The notes below the pieces were generated by a model. The model searched no databases. It was not told the origin of the DNA and saw only the letters and a program-made list of their open reading frames with translations. Position numbers and translations under genes: made by a program. From NCBI RefSeq assembly GCF_000315625.1, contig NW_005434623.1, forward strand, positions 289,055-335,186: 46,132 nucleotides of DNA, read 5' to 3'. Position 1 is the stretch's first letter, and the number at the start of each line of letters is the position of its first letter. The DNA is from Guillardia theta CCMP2712. Lineage: Eukaryota > Protista > Cryptophyta. This document shows positions 39,501 to 46,132 of the stretch, piece after piece.

Positions 39501-40585
39501 ATGGAAGGTCTGCTGGCCGACCCCATGTTGATCGCTGACGCCGATACTTGGCAGGAGAGAGGACTCAGAAAGTTATTACACAGGCCAAAGACAGGAAGGA
39601 AGTCATACTCTCAAAGCTGCAAGAGATCAATGACCAGAAGCGTCCGCTGTGGATGAAGCAAGACGAGCATCTCAAGGTGATTGCATGCCTCAAGACAACA
39701 ATTGCAGGGCACTTACTGTCGGGCAGTCTGAGTTGAACTGGCTAGAAGCTGAGATCAACCGACGGGAATATTCTCAGAAGACAAGCGTTCAAGACTTTCA
39801 GAAGTATTCTTTGGAGGTCATGTTCCACCGGTCGGTAGTCATCGACCAGACAGTCGATGCGATCAAGTTGACGAAACGAAAGGAGCCACCCAAGGTTGTC
39901 CTGTGCTGTCCGCAGATGTCTCCTGACCAGGTGGACTGAGCAGGAGTACTTGATGGAGATGGACTGTTTCTTGCAGTCGAGCGCTTCTGACGACCACAAG
40001 TATGTGCACCAGAGTTTTTGTTTCGAGACGAGCAAGCAGTTTTCAGGCGTTGTCAGTGACTCAGGGCGAAATGTTCGAGCTACATCACCTGTGACTCAAC
40101 CTGCCTCGCTCGTCATTCTTCCTCATATCAAGTTGGGCTTTCTCTACCAACTCAGACTGCAAATCTTGCATCTTGGAAAGGACTCAGATATAATCTTACA
40201 CTTGTGCACTAAACCTCTCAAGCACAGAACTTGGAGAGGGCTGATAAGCTTGATAACCTACCACATCGGGCAATGCCATCTCCTGGCTGAATCTGCCGCG
40301 CAAGTCTCATCGCAGGGAAGGTAAAAGTTGGTGGTATGATTCAAGTCTGCTCAAGTCTGACCCGACTTCAGGTTTGATAGCTACGATGGAATGGTAATCA
40401 CGTGCATCTTCGATACCGTTAAGAGATCATTCACAATGCGACAAGACGATCAAGAAGTTGGAGAAGTGGATATGAACAGCGAAGAGATGTGGACAAGAAT
40501 CAACTTCCAGGGTGGGGTCACTTTCTGCCTTGAGTTGTTGAGAGAAGGGCAAGAAGTTCGGATCTTGGATGGCATACAAATTTAA
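36538..40585 (+). CDS. Multi-exon protein with RNI-like leucine-rich repeats, coiled coil and a beta-rich (SPRY-like?) C-terminus; start approximate
   Basis: LRR units LHTLHCYQNNLGDNGVSTI, LKSLSIIQNGVSNYGASQT, LTFLNLSHNK/MTEEGLETL, ILTLTISGN. Charged helical stretch follows (EEAALCEKEVVKGRENLREKLMEE…). C-terminus …VITCIFDTVKRSFTMRQDDQEVG…FCLELLREGQEVRIL. Many 40-60 nt GT-AG introns. Confidence 0.65.
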
Positions 40586-40684
40586 AAATCAAGACATGAA
40601 AGACTAGGGAGATTGAATTGCAACAAGGGATTGTAAGGAAAATTCAGCCTGAGAGTGTGTAGGATGTCCCACACCTTGTTCCGC

Positions 40685-41966
40685 TCAGTGATGAGAATGC
40701 AGAAAAAAATCGTTTCCGATTGCAAAATCATGAATGCTGTCGAGAATAATGGGGCCAACCACGGCCTCGATATCTGCTTCATGAAGCTGCATGCTTTCTG
40801 GGAAGAAGTCATAGTGGTTCATGTTATCATGTAGGCCTCCTTCCATGTCGACTGCTGCAAGGCTAAAGTCCACGCTCTCAACTTGATGTTGAACTCTGCA
40901 GTCCGAGCACATCTGGTCGTACGTTCGCTTCCTAGAAAGATACCGAGGACCCAATACTTCGGCACTGTCGTCCGAATCTTGATCGGTAGTTGTGCTAGAG
41001 GTACACTCAGAGGCCTCATGCCACTTCTGGCCTTGGCTGCTTGACGTCTCATCGTGCTCTGACTTGGAAGACGGCGTCTCCATCAGAGATGATCGACGAG
41101 AGGATTTCTTCATAAGCTCTTCTTTCCATTGGTCATGAAAGGTTTGGCAAATTGACACGAATGTTTCACGAGTTACAGATCCGTCGACAGCTGAGAGGGA
41201 TTGCTCAAGATTTCCCCATCTGGACTCTAGAAGTTTGAGGTCAGCAGCATCGTGTGGATTGAGCCATCTCCTGTAGACGAAATAATACCGCACTCCTGCA
41301 TGTTCAAGTCAGGCTAGTGCGCGGTGAGGGAGAACGTCGGTACCCTGAACGCGCCTTCCACGAGACTCTTCTTGATCTTCGTCATACGGACTCTTCGATC
41401 TTGCTTTGAAGAAGCCGTGCTTCTCCAAATACTTGTTGAATTCTATCCGTGTCAACCCGCTCCTTCCCGAATGTGAGTTTGTGTCACGGATGGCTGACGG
41501 CATGAGCGAGGATAGCGCCTCGAACAGGGAAAGCCTTCCTGTGCGATCGACAATCTGAAATGAAGATATGTTTTTCGTATGCGTATCTTCCGTCACCTTG
41601 CGAGTCATTCACGATCAGAAGAAGGCCCTCATGGTCTCAAGCACTCACCGCATTGGCAAACAAAAGCCCGATCTTCTTGTTCGTTTCAGAGGCACTCGGT
41701 CTTCCCATCTTTCCCTCAGACTTGTCCAGGAGTTGGCAACTAAGGCAATATTCCTTGCTCACAAGGAGAGGGAGGTAGAGTCAACACAGGAAAGTAACGC
41801 TGAGACTGACGAGCGCCCACAAGGAGGAAGAGGGATGGGAAGGACGCTGCGGCTGGGCAAGATCATCCGGAAAAAAGAAAAGTTCACTGCCGTGGTCACT
41901 TTTGCTACCCGGTCCTTTGTAGGCTACAGGAGGGGTGGTCTTTCGGTTGAGCGCTTGCTGATGCAT
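40685..41966 (-). CDS. Hypothetical protein of unknown function (start could be 42044)
   Basis: Exons MHQQALNRK…/…CLSCQLLDKSEGKMGRPSASETNKKIGLLFANA/VTEDTH…GLTRIEFNKYLEKHGFFKAR…/…YYFVYRRWLNPHDAADLKLLESRW…, followed by a Ser/acidic tail. Confidence 0.6.
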
Positions 41967-43760
41967 CGGATGTTCAGGTTGATTATTGTCATCCTTAAAG
42001 CACCACCCGGTACTTTCCCCGGCGTTAGCCAATCTTTGGGCCATCAGACGGGTGGTACTTTGGCCTCGGTAGACCCGGAGCTCGATGACTCAATATCAGC
42101 CAGTCCCTCCTACATTGACCCACTTGACTCCGAAAGATATCGTCTTGATAACGAAAAGGCGTAAAGAGCTCTTTTCGATCCTCCGGCGCTCCGGTAAAAT
42201 GAGATATGTAAAACTAAAATCCCGTGTTGACTGAAATACTTCTACCATTTTTACTGCCGGAGCAGCCTCAGTCAGGCTCTAGATTCCACTAAACACTGGT
42301 CAGCTTCGGCTTGCCGCCAGTAACGTGGCTGCCAGGCTGATCGGACCGCCCGGATTTTTTTTAGGTCGAGCCGGTGTTTTTAACTTAACTTTGAATACTC
42401 GGTGACGGACCACTGAGTCCGTCACGGCGCGGCAGCGATCGGAGTGGCCCGGGCGGAATGCGTATGCTGTTCTCATAGGATACCGGTGGTAGTGTACCCC
42501 TTGGTTTTTGAGGGGTGTTGCTCGGTAATATCAGTGGTAGGGGTGCTTCATATTTTGAACTGGCGTGTCCATTTGTTTTAACGACAATGAATTGTTTATT
42601 CGAATACATAGTACAAACAGTTGTACTGTGTAACGGTTCATAACTGCTAATTTGTATCATCTAAAACAATTTTGATGACCCACCCTCATCGACAGGGTGG
42701 GGAAACGCTCCCCATCATTCCCATCGTCAATCGCACACCGACATGCTGAGCCGCCGGGCGAGCACAGCAGCAAGGTCAACGAGCTGCCGCCATGAGCACA
42801 GATGAAGGACCGCCGAGTAAGAAGATGATCGCAAGGTACACTTGGCATCAAGAATCCAGCACAAATTCTTACTTGGTGATCTTGCAGAAGTGGATCAATC
42901 AGCATGAGTTCGTCATCCTACATTTCCGACGACTAAGTCAATCGTATCATCAATGTTCTCTTCAAGACTTCTGGGCTCTCAGAGTAATGTACTTTATCTA
43001 AAGACTCTCATGAACTGAATGATAATATCTGTAAGATCATGACGAGTCCGCTTAATTAAGGCGCAATCACATCTCACTTGACCCCCTCCTTGGCACGTCT
43101 TCTGTACGCTTCGTTACATCGTTGCTTCACATCTTCAGAACTTGAAGTTTGATGATATTTGATTCTTTAAAATATGCCAATTAGTTGACTCTGAGTCACG
43201 AAGCTCTTGTTGAAGTATCTTCCCTCCTCTCTCCAAACTCTCCTCACTCAGGTCCTTTGGATGTTTGCACATTTGCTGAAATGCATGAACTTTGCTTTGC
43301 TTCCCTAAAGGCGGAGCTTGACGTCCAATTAAGCCTCAGATCATATCAGGGATCAAGTCTTGAGCTTGTAAGCTGGCATGCAAGAATCTATTGTGCGTTG
43401 CAACCAGACTGACATGGCCGCGTTGAATGTAGAATCAAGGTTGGAGGTGTTATGTGATTTGACATTTCTTATTCATTTAGAAGCATTTATCTCAGCATGT
43501 CGAACTACCAGCAAATTGACACGGACTCCCAGTCAATGATAATGACAACCACAATAGCATATGGAATGTCTCCAACTGCGCGCACAACAGAATGGGAAGC
43601 ACATCATGCTGGCAGGTGCACTGCCATCCAACACCGGTGCCGTTGGATTTGCTGGTCTTCAGAGTTGTCCTACATTTGTTTGGCATAAAGCGGCAAGGCT
43701 TTGAAGCATGTGGACATGGAATATAATCAACGATCATGCATCTTTACGAAATGGTTTTAA

Positions 43761-43860
43761 NNNNNNNNNNNNNNNNNNNNNNNNNNNNNNNNNNNNNNNN
43801 NNNNNNNNNNNNNNNNNNNNNNNNNNNNNNNNNNNNNNNNNNNNNNNNNNNNNNNNNNNN
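43761..43860. other. Assembly gap (100 N)
   Basis: Run of N. Confidence 1.
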
Positions 43861-44400
43861 GGGCGCCCCGGCGGCGCGCCCGCCCAGCCCGGGCGGGCCC
43901 GTCCGACGGACGGTCACGGGTTGCTATTCACAACGGTTCAACTTGGCTTCGGCGGTTCTGGCGCCCCGCGCCGGGCCCCGCCGAGGATCATGGCAGGCTC
44001 CAAAGTTCCGACCGCAACCCGGCGCCGTAGCCGGGGCGCCGGGACTCGGAGGGCCTGACTCGGACCGTGACTCCTCAGGACGGTGAGTCAGTGAGGTGAT
44101 CCGGGACTCGGAGGCTCGCCGCCGGCCGTGGGCCGGGCCCCGGCCGGGCCCGGCCGGTGTGACGGTGGCCGCGCACGCCGGTGGTGGCCGCCGCCGCCGC
44201 AGCCCCACCGGCGGGGGGGCTGCATACGGTGCCAGCACCGGCCCGGGGCGGGCTGGCAGGCCGGGCGCCGGACCGGCACTGAGTCCACCGTCGCGGCGGC
44301 GGCAACTTGCCAGTGCAGCGGGCGGCCCGGGCCGGACTCCGGGACCGGCGGCCGACCGCCCTGCCTATCGCCACATCCCCGCTCATTCATCAGGCAGCGG
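43861..44400. promoter_or_regulatory. GC-rich intergenic spacer upstream of UTP4
   Basis: Very high GC; contains CAACGGTTCAAC (43931) and TGAGTCA (~44084). Confidence 0.45.
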
Positions 44401-44886
44401 TGCATTGCGCACGTGCGGTAGAAGGGAGGGATGAGCGGGAGTGGGAGGAGGAAAGGAGGGCAGAGAGGATAAAGACAAGGCAGGATCGAAGAAACAGATG
44501 TATGTTCATACCGAAGATAGCAATGATGATTGCTTGAGTTGAGACAAGACCGTAGAAAATGACGAGCAGTTCCTTTAAGTTGGTCCTATTGATCAAGTGT
44601 GGTTCAGAAATTGGAAGTAATGAGCCATTTGAACACTTAAATGGGCAAATGAGAGCGTTAGGGTATAGAGATCATGCGCAAACCTGGGTGAGACATGAAG
44701 ATATTGAACGAAGTTTTTCTTGCCATGTTTGTTGTCGCGAGGTTGGGGGTACACCAGATTGTTAAAGTTGATGTCTTGATAACGATTGATGTATCGCAAT
44801 GGCCATCTGTCTGCTTTTGAGCTGTGCATCAGCTTATTACTTTCCCATGTATCCATGAGATGATTTTTTTTTGGCAGCGGGCAGGA

Positions 44887-45610
44887 ATGCCGAGCACAGT
44901 CAAAACTCCAAGGAGTGTCCGAAAGGTAGAGAAGAAGGAATCCGAAGAACTAAGGGAGGCGAGCCAACGACTTACGAAGAGCGAGAGCAAGAAACCTCGT
45001 CATGCCTCCAAGGCAGACGATGCTGCTGATCTCAAGGGGCTACGGCTAGCAGCGAAGAATGAGGCTAGAATGAACGGGCACCACAAAGGGCATGAAGACG
45101 CTCAGATGAACGGGATTGACCCAAAGAGTAGCAAAGCAATAGAGAAAGAGAAAGAGAAAGAGACAAAAGAGGACAAGAGAGACAGGATCAAAGTTCACCT
45201 CTCTCGCTTTGTAGAATACCTGCCTAAGGTAAGACTCCGGACAAGGTCATCTTTAGTCCGAACTTGACTCAACCCGCAGGCAATTAACGCCATGGCGTAC
45301 AACCCCATCGAGAACATCCTAGCTGTGGCGAGGAGCAACGGGGACATTCAGCTGTGGAGGACGACGATGCCGAGATGGCACCCCATCGGAGTTTGCGTGG
45401 GATCGGGAGGCTCGCAGATCCGGAGCCTGTGCTGGGCAAACAAGGACGAGTCGGCGATGCGGCTATTCAGCGCTTCTCTGGATGGGAGGTAAGGGCAATG
45501 CTCGTGGACGAGGCGTACAGCAGTGACATTGCCCCCTGCAGTATTATGGAGTGGTCGATGAAGACCCTGGCTCCGATCGTAGTCAACGACTCTCATGGAG
45601 GGTCGATCTG
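44887..45610 (+). CDS. UTP4: U3 snoRNA-associated protein 4 (UTP4/cirhin), N-terminal WD40 part only
   Basis: IKVHLSRFVEYLPK/AINAMAYN…LAVARSNGDIQLW…IRSLCW…RLFSASLDG/SIMEWSMKTL…DSHGGSIW follows the UTP4 N-terminal pattern, preceded by a Lys/Glu-rich extension. Confidence 0.82.
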
Positions 45611-45620
45611 GTGCGTGCAA

Positions 45621-45689
45621 GGAGGAGGAGGAGGAGGAGGAGGAGGAGGAGGAGGAGGAGGAGGAGGAGGAGGAGGAGGAGGAGGAGGA
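45621..45689. repeat. (GGA)n microsatellite
   Basis: About 23 copies seen directly. Confidence 0.95.
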
Positions 45690-45701
45690 CCTTTCCCTCA
45701 G

Positions 45702-46132
45702 CAACTACTCCATTCAGTTCAAGGGTTGCTGCAGACTCTCAACGCTTGTCAACAACGCGGGCTCGTACTGGCAAGAGCGGGCGATGATCCAGCTGGCAAA
45801 CAAGCTCCCCAACGAGAGCCCCATGATTGCCCGAGTCATGCAGGTCGAGGCCTACGCTGGACAGACTATGTCATTCAAGATTCAAGCATTTCAGGTGCTT
45901 TGACCCCTCTTCTTCTTCTTCTTCTTCTGCCGCTGCCGCTGCCGCTTTCATTTACGCTCCACTATCACCGCCAGCGCTTTCAAACCTTCCTTCCTGTTAT
46001 CCATTTGTGACATCTAGACAGCCTGAAGGAAACAAGTTGAGCTGGAGGATAGGGACGCAGCAAGAGTTCGATCCCTTGGGGACCAGCAAGCTGCCCGGAC
46101 CTCCTGCTTCTCTTGCAGTGGATGCTACGAAC
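45702..46132 (+). CDS. Internal exons of an unrelated extracellular/adhesin-like protein (F-x-GCCR…N-x-SP motif)
   Basis: Exon 45702-45894 NYSIQFKGCCRLSTLVNNAGSYW…LPNESPMI…GQTMSFKIQAFQ; exon from 46022 PEGNKLSWRIGTQQE…PASLAVDAT. Not WD40-like. Confidence 0.55.

Overview
This is intron-rich eukaryotic nuclear DNA. It has short GT-AG introns with CTGAC-like branch points, many microsatellites, and GC-rich spacers built from palindromic words. A plastid bipartite leader (…AANAF), an RWP-RK factor and CSP41a point to an alga with a complex red plastid, most consistent with a cryptophyte such as Guillardia (inference). About 16 genes or gene fragments can be spliced by eye: a membrane-anchored A1 aspartic protease, an unknown Cys-containing protein, katanin p60, an FKBP-TPR immunophilin, CSP41a, two GNAT acetyltransferases, an RWP-RK transcription factor, a bacterial-type PPi-dependent phosphofructokinase with a signal-bearing leader, an LRR/coiled-coil protein, the UTP4 N-terminus and several unknowns. 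The standout is 17780-22791 (-). Two long ORFs that the ORF track lists separately join in frame through canonical introns into one ~1450-1530 aa protein. Its domain order is: caspase-family (C14) protease with intact His/Cys dyad, uncharacterised alpha/beta domain, MLKL-like helical bundle, non-RD (HKD) Ser/Thr kinase, armadillo repeats. It is a candidate single-chain cell-death or immune signalling machine. The window end looks chimeric, with UTP4 joined across a (GGA)n tract to an unrelated adhesin-like gene. All domain calls are by motif recognition only; no searches were run.
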